Of a DNA stretch of 64,000 nucleotides, positions 38,828-53,114 are shown in pieces. Origin of the DNA: Tubulanus polymorphus (lineage: Eukaryota > Animalia > Nemertea); the NCBI RefSeq assembly GCF_964204645.1, contig NC_134028.1:4526001-4590000 (forward strand), in the 5' to 3' direction. The notes beneath the pieces were generated by a model, which made no database searches, was not told where the DNA came from, and was given only the letters and a program-made list of their open reading frames with translations. The translations under genes were made by a program, and so were the position numbers. Within the stretch, counting starts at the first letter, position 1, and each line of letters begins with the position of its first letter.

Positions 38828-41800
38828 ATGAACGATAATAGAAGGAAACAAAAACAATGCGATGACGATTCGATCAGTATTCAACAAATAGATACGATTA
38901 ACTCACGGAATTACGATAATTATCTGAAAGATGCTGACATCCAGTCGATTTTTCACAGTAGTGATGGGTCGACAGGTAGGTCGACAATGCAGCGGAGTGT
39001 CGACTCGCATACATCAGGTCGACTCTCGGAGATATGTCGGATTTTAAGACGAGCATTGTTTGACGACGATATCAAAGCTCTGAAAGCTGTTTGCAGGAAT
39101 ACAGTGGAACCGGATTTGATTGATAATGAAGGCAATTCACCTTTACACATGGCAGCTCGGATGGGACGCCGAAAGTGTCTGAAGTAAGTATAAAAAATAA
39201 TAGCAAAATTCTATATAAAGTCCAGGTTAAGTCCAATCATCTTATTGCCGTATGGACTCTGTACCCCGTCATACCCTGTGCTCGTGACTTAATCATTTTT
39301 CTTACAATTTATGATCGTCTACACTTCGCGTATGTTCAAAACGTCGCCCGAGACATTTTTTATTGAAAATGAACCACACAGACGAAACATTAGACATCAG
39401 CACACTATTCAAAATTGGTCGTCCGGACATAACACTATAATAGTGCCTGGCTGAAGGGGGTGGATCCAGCATATGAATTTCTACTTATTTGAGAATGAAA
39501 CATCTTAGAAATAACAGTAATATATCGAATTCGCGCATCTCTGTTCAACGTGTATGTTTTATACGTATATGATATGATGAAACACGTATATAATACTGAA
39601 CTATTATAACATATGTTAGAGTTGTTTTATGGGGTGTAGTTCAAACGTGTCCGGTATCAATAATCAAAGTATTGGCGACGGTGATAAAAACAAGTCCGTA
39701 GTATTTAGAATATATGAAATCTTCTAATTTTCGTGGTACTTTTTAATCAAAGATTTATTATGGTACTTCTCGACAACTTCCCTTAGAAGAACTTATCTTC
39801 ACCTTTGTAAGACATTCATTTCATATATCATTTTACGAATATCTAAGAAGCTTCAGCTCAATTTGTGTACATTTCGTTAGACGATTATGTAGAATATGTG
39901 AGCATCCCTGCCGATTTTAAATTGCAGGATCCAGTTCCACAATTGTTAGTTGAAATCTGTCTCTTAGAATAAAAAATTGAAAATGAATCGAACTGAAACC
40001 AGGGTCAGATGTAAATTACAATTGAGTTTTATGTTTTCATTTTTTGTTGAAATTAAAGATGGCTGCTGGAAAACACCGACCTTCCCGTTATGGCTTTCAA
40101 CTCTAAAGGTCAAACATGCGCGCACGAAGCTGCGCAACAAGGTCACTATCGATGTTTGAAAGAAGCGATTAATCATGGAATGTCACATCCAGGGTTTATC
40201 ACGAAGAAAGATGACGACGGAATGACGGTTCTGCATGTAGCGGTTTGTAAAGGCGAGCACGAACCGATCCAATGGCTCGTTACTAAATACGGAGGTGTTC
40301 TCGTTCCCATGAAAAATAACGATGGCCAAAACGTTCTACACATCGCAGCAGCTATAGGTAAAAACCACACAATAACAAAGCAAAAATTTGTAGAAAACAT
40401 TTCCACAAATTGTACTTCGCAAATTAGATTTTGCTGATTTTTAGAAGGTGCCGAATTGTCCTTTCATTTTGCTTAATGCATGAACGTGAGGTCGAACAAG
40501 TCTTTTTCAAAATATTACAAAATATGACATACCACCCATTTATTGGACCTGGCTGTTCAAGTTCATTATTGAAAAATACCTTCTTAAAAAAAGTAGTACG
40601 TAAAAAATGTTACCTGACGATATTGATTTTTCTTATCAGCACACAGCAGACAACTTCAACTAGATATCAAAATAATCGCAATAACTCACTACTTAAGCCG
40701 TCGGTTCACTGAATGATAGTTCAATGAACTCCATATATAATGAACATAATGACTTATTAGATTGATTTTTGCAGGTAATGTCGAGTTGATCCGATTCTTG
40801 TACAGCGCTGATAGGAAAATACTCAACGACCAAGATAACTGTGGTAAGAGCGACAATTCCCTCTAGAAAAATATCGCCCGGGCTGTTTGTCTGAGCTACA
40901 AGTTAAAATTCTTGGGTGGTTCGTTTAAAATAACTGGAACTTTGGCCGGAGTCTTATACGTACGTGTAATTATTGAAATCAAAAGAAACGGTTTATTTAA
41001 GGCGGTATTCTTGACGTACTTGAAAACACATACAGTTCGCTCGTAATAAGAATCGATGCTAAGTTAAAGACACCTCCTTTTAGAATGCCCAACCACCAGC
41101 AAAAATATTTTCTGGAACCAACCTGCGTAGGAAGTCTTGTGATAGGCCAAGTAACAATATCTACACCATCTCGTCCAGACATATATGATGTTACGTTGTG
41201 GTACAATCAAAGTTCTATATAAATCTACGTTTTAGTTCTTCGGTTCGTTTTAGGAGCTACCGTGATTCATTACGCTGCTTATCATGGTCAACTTGACGCC
41301 ATAAAGTATCTAATCGACTCGGTGAAGGCTAACATCAGAATTCTCACTCACAGAAACGAGTCCTGTTTGCATATCGCAGCCTACGGGGGCTATTTGGATA
41401 TCGTTCGCTTTCTACTAAAACGTGTTGATGAAGTGTTGATTTGGTCTCTTACCACTCAGGGTGGAAACATCTTCCATTTTGCAGCAGGTAAAATAATCTT
41501 TTCGGATAAATAATGACAGTGCCGAGTTTGAGAAGGGGCAGATATTCAGAGAGAGAAAGGAAGTTCACTCCAACCCGCCTGGTTAAACAAATGAATAAAT
41601 CCTCGCCCTATGAATGTAGCTAGGACAGAATTAAACAGAATGGAAATAACAAACAATGATACTGATTAATATTGCGTTTGTTTCCTCGCGGTTTTCACTT
41701 TGGAACTGTCTCTTATAAAACCTGGATCTTTGTAAAGAGCTTATATTTCATAACGGATAAATGTCACTGAGCGTAAATTGAGCTAACCGTAAAACAAATA

Positions 41801-44800
41801 GAAAGCTTTCTATTTTTTATAAGCCTAATCCTTACGTATTGAATCTCCAAGGAAACTAATGGTGAGAGATTTAGGTATTTGAACTGCGGGGTGAAATTCG
41901 TGTCGTTGTATTACAGCTTGTGGAAGTGTTGAGGTTATAAAACACCTTATGAAAAGAAGTCCAGTGCGGGCGTCATGTGAATGTACAGTCGCTGATAAAA
42001 CCGGCAATACACCCGTACACGAGGCTGCTGCAGGCGGACATTCTAATACTATCAAATATTTCTGGGGAATCGGACTCGATATTTCAATGGAAAACAAGGT
42101 ATAATGAACATTGATATTATTAGATTATTCATGGACTCTAAAACCATGTATTATGAAGGAACGTTCTCGACTGTGTAATCGACAGCCAGGAGCCAAAATC
42201 TGTTAAAAACGGTTCATTTCTAAACTCAATTATAAATGGGGTCTTGGTCTTGTGAATATTTGATTATTATAGATTCCACGACTGTACACTTAAACCCGAA
42301 AATATTCCCATATTTTCTACAAACCTGTAAGCGCAATTTGAAATTTTGTTGTTAAGATAATACTTGACACAACGTACTATACAGAAGTGTCCTCTCTTGA
42401 AAATAGCATGTAATTTTTTGTTTATTCAAAAACCACCGTTAAAAACGATATAGTGAATCAGTTGACTATTGGGTCGAGGCATTATGTGTAATACCCAGTC
42501 AGCATTTGCTTGTCTCAAACTGAACTATTTGAATCTCGTTGTTTTCAGCTCGGAGAAACGCCGTATTCCATAGCCGTCATTTACGAGTATTTTTCGTGTG
42601 CTGAAATGATTAAAAGTCTTCTGCGAGCTCAGGGCAAAGAACCGCACGCGTTCAGCAGTAAAAATCGGCAGAAATTACTGGGCGACGATAAACGAAGGAG
42701 ATGGACTATCAACTCAACAGCTTCGAGTAAAAGGAGTCAGAAAATATATAATGTAAGTTACAAGAATCTGATACGTATTCAAATAAGCAATAATTTCATA
42801 ATATTCATAATTTCAATTAAATGGTAATAATTGATTCATAAATATAGTACAAAAATGAATCAATTACACTAATCAGGTATAAGAGTTATGTATAATTGTA
42901 AATTTGCCAACCTGTCCTATATAATGTTAAAGATGGTTGCTTCTACAAATTGCTTATGACGTGTTACCGATTACTAACAACTTGCTATTGACATAATGGA
43001 GTTTATAGAAGCAGTCATCTTTCTGAGGGTCTATTCTGAGGGTCTATACTGATCGGATTTTTGTTTCATACATTCAGAAATCTAAAGGGAAGAAATGGAA
43101 AACTGGCGGTCGTTCTGAGAACGACCGAGGCGAATTCAATCGGCGATTATCAGTTCCGGAAACTCCCGAACAGTCCGATTTCGATATTCTATCAGGTGAA
43201 TTGTATTTCCGACCGAACGATGAAGAAGTCGACGGCGCCACAAAATCATCGATCAAAGAATCCAAAAATGAAGCATACGGTATGCATCACTCAATAATAC
43301 TCATCGTTGTATCATTAAGGTGGCCACCTTTGATCATATGAGAATTGGGTTAGATAAATCAACACTTGACAAAAAAGCCAGTTGCTATGTAAACCATTTG
43401 CTCCAAGTCTTGTAGTACATCTCATTAAAATCGTGTTTGATTCAAGATGGCGGCTATCGTGTGAATCAAACCGCCATATTTTCACCCACGCACTTCTGAG
43501 TCGTTTCTCTGATCGTTCGGTTACAGGTCCATCGAAAACTCTGGCGCTGCAGCGTATCTTTCTACCTGTGAAGAACGGATCGTGAGTATGCAAATTACAT
43601 CCCTCATTATGTAAATTACAACGTCAGGTGACTGCATACGTCAGCCATGACGTCCAGAGAGACCCGCATTACCATTAGCAACCTTTCTATCTAAAAATAT
43701 CCTCATTATAATCTCCAATATCTACCATTTTTTAGATTTAGCCGATAGGTTTAATGGAATTGAAATCGTTTTGCAGGTTTTCATCGAAATCATTTGATTC
43801 GATACCCGAAGAGGACAATAAGGGTAGCGGTGGCGGGGGTGTCAGTGAGGATGAGAATGTCGGAGAATTCAAACTTCAAAGTTCGACCAGATTTTTAAGT
43901 AACGGGAACCGTAGCAAACTGAGCGACCCTTACAACGGAGAATCTCCGGTAGTTGAACGTATCCAAATCCATCAGAAATTTTCGTGTTCTCCATCGCCGG
44001 AATCAAAAGACGAATATCGTTCTAATGATACGACTTACGACTTTAGATCTCCGTTACTAGATCGAGCCAATTTCTTAGATATCGACTCTAATAAAGACTC
44101 GCGTCATTCGGACGTAAATCGAATATCTAATGTCGCACCATTTAGTAATTTATCAGACGATAGTTTGCATAATATACCGTCGACGGATTACGATGATTCC
44201 GACGGATCAAAAACTGCCAGTTACGATTTATTACCGGAAGAGAGTAGAAAAACTAATTCCGCCGAAAAGTTCGACCCGACCGCCGAGTTAGACGCGGTTC
44301 TAGAGCGAAGCGAAGCTGAATGCGTTCACAATAGTTTCTCTAGTAATCACATCGCTTCGAAAACCGTCCAGAGTAAATATTACTTCGAGGATTTCGACAT
44401 TTACGGTGGGAAAAGTAACAGTAAAAAGTATTATCAACAGCACGAACCGTCGGAACAGAACTACCCGCAAGAAAGAAGTAAAACAACTTTAGAAAAGGTG
44501 CCGCCTTCAAATGATCGTGGTAAACCGTCTGGTAAAGTGAGACTCCAAATATCTGACGATGGTTTGGATTTTTACGAACTCGTTCGGCGAAGCGACGATG
44601 ATAATCCAGTGTCTCGTCGTCACACGAAATCGGATATTCTAAATCGAAATGTTTCCGATCTTAGAGACAAGAAAACGAAAAAGTATCTATGGTCTGATCT
44701 TAGTGATAACGGATATGGATCTATATCGGAGTCGACAAAGATGGCCGCTTTACCATCGGTTTGTACCGTGTGCCGTGGTTCAGGAAAACCGGACTCAACG

Positions 44801-45250
44801 GTTTCAGTCGTTGATGACAATCATCACAACTCATCATTCGAATCTCAGTCGTCAGATGCAGACGGCAAGATTATCTCGTGTACGTTAGTAATAGACGGTC
44901 AGACGTACACTATGTCCGCCACTGATGACCCAAAAATAAAGAATCTCCACCCGGAAAATCGCTCTGCGAAAACGGGTGTTAGAAATAGTGTAAGTTTCAA
45001 TTTGGACAATGAGAACGTTTCGCGCAGATCGGTAGTTCCCTTGAAGCACGGGAACACTCGGACTCAACGACTTCGGTCAATAGATCGCGGAGATGCTCGT
45101 AAAATAGCGGCCTCAGATGAAGTCGATTCTGTTTTATCCTCCGCGGTGCAAACTCCCGATCTTTACATCCATTATACTATATACAAGCGAAATTCAGGTG
45201 CACGTGGCACTGGGGATAGTCAACCAGAGGTTGTTGAAGCAACTGTATGA
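38828..45250 (+). CDS. Ankyrin-repeat protein with a long Ser/Asp-rich C-terminal region, 9 coding exons
   Basis: Exons 38828-39183, 40059-40357, 40775-40843, 41254-41487, 41917-42098, 42549-42752, 43078-43279, 43527-43581, 43777-45250, all in phase. Repeated GNSPLHMAA, GMTVLHVAV, GQNVLHIAA, GNTPVHEAA. Start codon uncertain. Confidence 0.85.
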
Positions 45251-48200
45251 TTTGATTCGGAATATATTTGTACCAAAGACACTCGATCATAGACCCTTCC
45301 ACAGTCGGTCAGATTGTTGAGATGTATAGATTTCCGAATCGAGTCGTCCTGGAAACTAGTTTGGACCCGGATCACTGCAGGCAATGTTCAATGATCTGAC
45401 CAGAACCTGGTTTCCTGATAAATGAGTTATACTTTTGCACGCGTTAACTATCGATAAGAATATGTATAACTTTATCTCAACCTTGTCTCTAAAATTACCA
45501 GTATTCTTGAACCTTATACATGTAACTTATCGAACAGCTTTACATTGATTTGAGATCGATAAGTACAGTACTTAAAAAGAGGTTAGTACGGTTTTTGATA
45601 AATGCCGTGGACAGAATGGTTCCAGTGCAAATCGCTTAGCGTATGAAAAAAATAACCAAACAATATACAGCCCAAATAGAGCCCGATAATATGCCTGCAT
45701 TAATTACTGAATACTCCATTATAAACTGGAAACTGTAGTCGCCACCCCAAAACTCCGTGTTGCAGATATTGCCATGAAATCAAGCTCTGTTTTAAGTATT
45801 TGTTATTTTTGTCATATATTTTATTCTATGTTTTATCAAAATAAATTCGTCACATATTGTACGTATTACGTTCTGAATTTAATAAATACATCGTTCGTTT
45901 TTGTAAATGAATTTATTTGTAGACTTTTTTTAATGATAATTTCGAGAGACTTCACAAGGGGGCCTTATGTAGGCCTGATATTTGGTCGTTGGACGCTGCG
46001 GGTATCTGCCCTAATCAATTTTTCAGAAATTAAAATGTTTGATTAAAGCAGACCGAGGTCTTCCTTCAGAACTCGAATGCGGGAACAGATCTCATCCCAG
46101 TCGATGAATATTCCTTCCAGATTGCGAACACCGGAACTACCGACGTCATACTGCTGTCGACCGTGTAGAACTCTGAGATTGTCGAACACTACTATCTCTC
46201 CTGCAATTACATTCAACATTACATTTATAACATATCAAGATGGTTCACTAGAAAGTTGTGATGGCAGATCGTCGAGTTTGTGATTTTCTAAACCTACATG
46301 AATGTATACAAATTTTCGATGTATTTTAGAAATGAAAATATTCTCGTTTTGTTTCTCTATATTATTGATTATCTTTCCTCTAGTAGCTATATCAAATCAG
46401 TTTGAAATAGAAAAACATGCAAAATTTAAGACGTAAGATGATAGCACATTGGACACCAAATTCATCCTCATGAACCAAGATATTGTATATTGTATCACCC
46501 CTTGATCACCAAGCGTAGCAAGGAGTCGATATTGCTATCCCATAAATGAAAAATTCATGCAGAAGGTAGTAGTTTATGCACAAAATTCGATCAGACAGAA
46601 TACTTTTTATGAGTAATAGTACGGATACCCGGTTTGAGTGTGTGGTTAACAATATTCTGCGGGTCATACATTATGTTTTCAAGCAGTTTTAAGGCGTCGT
46701 AAAGCGGTTGAACGTCTTCGATTGGTAAATTCAGATACGAGTCACGTGATTGGTTATTGAAGCAGACGCCTTTGACTTTGCCTTCGATATCCCGTCTGGA
46801 AATAATAACAAAAACAAAAACCAAACAAAACATTATCAAAATCGTTAGATTATTCGTGGTTCAGATTATTTGAAACTTGTTAGAAAAATGTTAGTTTAAC
46901 TTATCGTGACCCTGAAGTCATTTTATATCTTAATCTATATGATTGTTTAAACCCTAGCTGTACGTGTGTTTGATAACTGGCCTAGGTCGAGTTCTGATAC
47001 AATCCAAATACAATTTCCTGATACCAGGACACCCCAACAACACTTTAATGATACTCTGACTAATAATAACTTGATCCCAAAACGATCTATTCGTGTGACT
47101 TACACCTACGAGCAATTATCTAAACTAAATTATATTTAGATAATTGCTCGTAGCTTACACGAAAGTTGTCCATCGCGCTATATTGTGGAATCTGTACACG
47201 TCGCTGCCTTTATCGTAAAAATCCAATATCTTTGTGCTCAGAAGTTCGTTTGCTTCCGGGTAATTTTCTTCGATGATTTTAGCTGCGTACGAGGCATCTG
47301 CAAATTGACTACTGCCCCCTACTGACGTGTTGTTCACACAGTGTAGAAATTGTACCTGGAAAATTCAGACGGAAAGTTGTTTTTTAATGCTTGTATTCCC
47401 GTTTTATCACTCTCCATCGCCCCTCGCCTCTATATCTCCTTTTCCTTCCCTGCCTCTCCATAGATATTGAAATATTTGAACACTTTTTTAGATGGCCATG
47501 GAATTACCCCTGGCACGTAGCTGCAATCGGCCAGATCGCAATGCAGTCCTAATGTAACACTGGTGTATGCTAGATTGCTGGGATTCACTTTACTTTTGAC
47601 TCTGAACACATCACTGAAATATAAAACGACAATTCGCTTTAGATGTCAATTTTCTCTTCTGACAATAGATCAAAGGGCAATGACAATGTAAATTTCAGAT
47701 TCTGCAGGGTTTATATAGAATTTGGTGAAAATGCTCAAGTGTAAACAATGTAGAATGATAAATAAGAATGACCGAAATGAAGAATTTCAATTTGAAAACA
47801 AAAGCAATAAGAAGTCTAATGAAAAATTCTTTCACCGCAAGTATTAAAAGATTCTGAAAATCTTAAAGTGTTGGTATATCAGATAATAACATGGTCCATA
47901 CCCATAGTTAGTCCTTCTGCTGTAGCAAACTCTATCCGCTATTTTTTGCAAGTGTCCATAATCTTGTGGGGTATCTTTAATTAGTGTCAGACCGTATCGT
48001 TGCAGACCAGTTAACCAATTCAGAAAATAATTGTCGTCATCTATTATCTAAAAACACGAATATATTTCATACGAAAAAAATCGACTAGATTAATACACAT
48101 TCGAATCGTAGATATGCACGGTCAGTGGAACTCGTCATAGTTTGGACTTTCATCATGTTGACAACATTATAGCAAACTGCATTAGACAAACATACAAATT

Positions 48201-49667
48201 GGGACTCAATCATATGGAGGTGATTTCAGAGATGCGACGACTGATCCGTCGATGAATCTGACCGATTTTGAGCGTACTTGGTAAAAAGTTTTGTGAAATA
48301 AGGTCGACACCCACGAAATGACAAAAACAAATTCTGTAGTTAATAACCTATGAATTCCCGGTGCAATTTACTTGGGCCGAAATCAAATGGACCCGAAGTC
48401 AGGTCTATAAACTGGTGATTAGATTAAAATGATATGGATAAGAAGGTGAATAGGTACCTTTTTAAAATCATAAGTGGGAATGTTATCTTGTAGTTCGGCG
48501 TTCCAGAACTGGTGTTCTACTCCGTACATCGCGCGTCTCTTCTCTTTGGCTTCATCTGTGAATGCTCGCTGTAACAACCATTTAGTGTCGTAGATACTTC
48601 TGTGTCCGTCTGGCCAGGTTATCTCTAAACCACCGTCTTCTGATACCTAATTAACATAAACCAAACTGATTGATTTAGCCTTGTTGTTCATTCATTCAGG
48701 ATCCAGTTCCACAGCTGTAAAACACGACGTTGACTGCTGTGTGTAACTGAAATAAATACCGAAAATAATATGTCGAGAGTGGAATAACGTAAACAACCGG
48801 ACCCAATCCTGTAGTTGTGAGTTTGATTCGACTATTCGAATATAACACCGAAAAAATCATGTAGTTAATTAATGGGCGTACATGTTAGTCGACAATTCTG
48901 CGATAATAATGTGGTCAGGACATCTCTTAGAAATCATAATATTTTGAATTTCAATAATTCAAAATTATTTCATTTATACTGAGTAAACGTGTAACCTTCC
49001 TTCATCGTGGTTACTACGATTCTGTAATTAAAGATCACAGATCACAGATTTTCGGACCGTCAGACTTAACGAAAACTAATTTGATTATTTGAAGATGTTC
49101 AGATTAACCCTTTTCTTTCTTACCTCGACATCTTTCGGTTCAATTTTCGTATCCAAATTTGACATCAGAACCAACCTGGATTTCGTCGTCGGGTGAAAAC
49201 ATTTCAAACATTGACAGTTATCTCTGAGCCATACGTACGGGTAACTTGTCACTGAATCATCATTCCACGTCACATCCACCCATCTCTTACCATCGTTTCT
49301 ATGCACGTCCACAACTCCTAAAACATCTTCTTTAACTTCCATGGAATGCAGTAACCGGTGCTGCGACCCCTGATGTTGAGTCCCATGCTGTTTAAATGTT
49401 CGCGCGTTAATATTATTGGTGCAATAAGTACCAACTCGGCTAACAGCCAATGGAGCAAGTTCCTTTTTTAGTATTGAAAAAATTCTAGGAATTTTATTTT
49501 TTGAAACGTTCAATCGTTTCAGGGCAAACATGGTCACGATGAGTGGAGCGCCTTTCTGGAAAATCTGTCTGTCGTTGGACGGATAACGCGAGACTGGTTG
49601 ACTGAGTGGCTGACTGACTGTCGATCCCCAGTAGACTTTGACCTACATACGCCTTCAAACTGATATT
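43070..49667. repeat. Tandem segmental duplication, unit 1
   Basis: Near-identical to 50134-57328 across exons, introns and intergenic DNA. Confidence 0.97.
46043..49531 (-). CDS. BBOX1: Gamma-butyrobetaine dioxygenase-like, copy A, 7 exons
   Basis: Exons 49531-49124, 48646-48458, 48047-47902, 47613-47508, 47355-47159, 46795-46629, 46200-46043. WLRDNCQCLKC zinc site, WPDGH, NLAYT, HCD, DNLRVLHGR. Confidence 0.9.
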
Positions 49668-50141
49668 TGTTACAGATAATCCTACTGTCATATGTGTGCC
49701 TTATAAACCATTGTGTATTATTGTATTGTGACAAGCTGTACATTATCTAATGTCCTTTTCAGACCGGTTCCAGCTTTGAATAACTGTAATCACGTTTTTA
49801 TGCGGTCCTGGTCGCATTTCTGTACATTTAAATGGTCATAATACAGTCCTCTAGCTAACTTTAAATCTCAATTCATGCTCAAGTTCGTTTCAGTACATTT
49901 TATTGTAAATAATCTTATACCGGCACTATTTCTGTATAGCCTTATCGCAGGCATTTCCTAAGGTCCAATATAAATACTGCTCAGTTCAAAATAAACTCCA
50001 TATATTGCAGTTCTAGTCTTCAGTTCTTGCCTCAGGCCAGTTTTTGCGTTCACATTTTGGTCCCTCGAGCCGGATACATGGAGGGAGAGCTGGAGGCTAA
50101 ACTCAGAAAGCTACGTCGTGCCCGTGGGGCCAAACATTCAG

Positions 50142-52316
50142 AAATCTAAAGGGAAGAAATGGAAAACTGGCGGTCGTTCTGAGGCGAATTCAATCGGCGA
50201 TTATCAGTTCCGGAAACTCCCGAACAGTCCGATTTCGATATTCTATCAGGTGAATTTTATTTCCGACCGAACGATGAAGAAGTCGACGGCTCCACAAAAT
50301 CATCGATCAAAGAATCCAAAAATGAAGCATACGGTATGCATCACTCAATAGTACTCATCGTTGTATCATTAAGGTGGCCACCTTGGATCATATGAGAATT
50401 GGGTTAGATAAATCAACTCTTGACAAGAAAGCCAGTTGCTTTGTAAACCATTTGCTCCAAGTCTTGTAGTACATCTCATTAAAATCGTGTTTGATTCAAG
50501 ATGGCGGCTATCGTGTGAATCAAACCGCCATATTTTCACCCACGCACTTCTGAGTCGTTTCCCTGATCGTTCGGTTACAGGTCCATCGAAAACTCTGGCG
50601 CTGCAGCGTATCTTTCTACCTGTGAAGAACGGATCGTGAGTATGCAAATTACATCCCTCATTATGTAAATTACAACGTCAGGTGACTGCATACGTCAGCC
50701 ATGACGTCCAGAGAGACCCGCATTACCATTAGCAACCTTTCTATCTAAAAATATCCTCATTATAATCTCCAATTTCTACCATTTTTTAGATTTAGCCGAT
50801 AGGTTTAATGGAATTGAAATCGTTTTGCAGGTTTTCATCGAAATCATTTGATTCGATACCCGAAGAGGCGATAAGGGTGGCGGTGGCGGGGGTGTCAGTG
50901 AGGATGAGAATGTCGGAGAATTCAAACTTCAAAGTTCGACCAGATTTTTAAGTAACGGGAACCGTAGCAAACTGAACGACCCTTACAACGGAGAATCTCC
51001 GGTAGTTGAACGTATCCAAATCCATCAGAAATTTTCGTGTTCTCCATCGCCGGAATCAAAAGACGAATATCGTTCTAATGATACGACTTACGACTTTAGA
51101 TCTCCGTTACTAGATCGAGCCAATTTCTTAGATATCGTCTCTAAAAAAAAATAAAAACAAAGACTCGCGTCATTCGGACGTAAATCGAATATCTAATGTC
51201 GCACCATTTAGTGATTTATCAGACGATAGTTTGCATAATATACCGTCGACGGATTACGATGATTCCGACGGATCAAAAACTGCCAGTTACGATCTATTAC
51301 CGGAAGAGAGCAGAAAAACTAATTCCGCCGAAAAGTTCGACCCGACCGCCGAGTTAGACGCGGTTCTAGAGCGAAGCGAAGCTGAATGCGTTCACAATAG
51401 TTTCTCTAGTAACCACATCGCTTCGAAAACCGTCCAGAGTAAATATTACTTCGAGGATTTCGACATTTACGGTGGGAAAAGTAACAGTAAAAAGTATCAT
51501 CAACAGCACGAACCGTCGGAACAGACCTACCCGCAAGACAGAAGTAAAACAACTTTAGAAAAGGTGCTGCCTTCAAATGATCGTGGTAAACCGTCTGGTA
51601 AAGTGAGACTCCAAATATCTGACGATGGTTTGGATTTTTACGAACTCGTTCGGCGAAGCGACGATGATAATCCAGTGTCTCGTCGTCACACGAAATCGGA
51701 TATTCTAAATCGAAATGTTTCCGATCTTAGAGACAAGAAAACGAAAAAGTATCTATGGTCTGATCTTAGTGATAACGGATATGGATCTATATCGGAGTCG
51801 ACAAAGATGGCCGCTTTACCATCGGTTTGTACCGTGTGCCGTGGTTCAGGAAAACCGGACTCAACGGTTTCAGTCGTTGATGACAATCATCACAACTCAT
51901 CATTCGAATCTCAGTCGTCAGATGCAGACGGCAAGATTATCTCGTGTACGTTAGTAATAGACGGTCAGACGTACACTATGTCCGCCACTGATGACCCAAA
52001 AATAAAGAATCTCCACCCGGAAAATCGCTCTGCGAAAACGGGTGTTAGAAATAGTGTAAGTTTCAATTTGGACAATGAGAAAGTTTCGCGTAGATCGGTA
52101 GTTCCCTTGAAGCACGGGAACACTCGGACTCAACGACTTCGGTCAATAGATCGCGGAGATGCTCGTAAAATAGCGGCCTCAGATGAAGTCGATTCTGTTT
52201 TATCCTCCGCGGTGCAAACTCCCGATCTTTACATCCATTATACTATATACAAGCGAAATTCAGGTGCACGTGGCACTGGGGATAGTCAACCAGAGGTTGT
52301 TGAAGCAACTGTATGA
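50142..52316 (+). pseudogene. Duplicated last three exons of the ankyrin gene, frameshifted
   Basis: Relative to unit 1: 10-bp deletion near 50181, 1-bp loss near 50868, and an A-rich 13-bp expansion near 51143. No 5' exons. Confidence 0.85.
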
Positions 52317-53114
52317 TTTGATTCGGAATATATTTGTACCAAAGACACTCAATCATCAAATATAGACCCTTCCACAGTCGGTCAAATTGTTGAGATGTAT
52401 AGATTTCCGAATCGAGTCGTCCTGGAAACTAGTTTGGACCCGGATCTCTGCAGGCAATGGTCAATGATCTGACCAGAACCTGGATCCTGATAAATGAGTT
52501 ATACTTTTGCACGCGTTAACTATCGATAAGAATATGTATAACTTTATCCCAACCTTGTCTCTAAAATTACCAGTATTCTTGAACCTTATACATGTAACTT
52601 ATCGAACAGCTTTACATTGATTTGAGATCGATAAGTACAGTACTTAAAAAGAGGTTAGTACGGTTTTTGATAAATGCCGTGGACAGAATGGTTCCAGTGC
52701 AAATCGCTTAGCGTATGAAAAAAATAACCAAACAATATACAGCCCAAATAGAGCCCGGTGATATGCCTGCATTAATTACTGAATACTCCATTATAAACTG
52801 GAAACTGTAGTCGCCACTCCAAAACTCCGTGTTGCAGATATTGCCATGAAATCAAGCTCTGTTTTAAGTATTTGTTATTTTTGTCATATATTTTATTCTA
52901 TGTTTTATTAAAATAAATTCGTCACATATTGTACGTATTACGTTCTGAATTTAATAAATACATCGTTCGTTTTTGTAAATGAATTTATTTGTAGACTTTT
53001 TTTAATGATAATTTCGAGAGACATCACAAGGGGGCCTTATGTAGGCCTGATATTTGGTCGTTGGACGCTGCGGGTATCTGCCCTAATCAATTTTTCAGAA
53101 ATTAAAATGTTTGA

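Noticed and set aside
45230-45250. C-terminal EATV as a PDZ-binding motif
   Set aside because: The -2 residue is Ala rather than Ser/Thr, so support is weak.
46620-46628. GTATCC donor in BBOX intron 6 as a second U12 intron
   Set aside because: It continues GTATCCGT rather than GTATCCTT, no U12 branch is visible, and copy C has GTACAT at the same intron.
51231-52316. Independent 361-aa gene
   Set aside because: It begins at TTG and is the residual frame of the duplicated, frameshifted ankyrin last exon.
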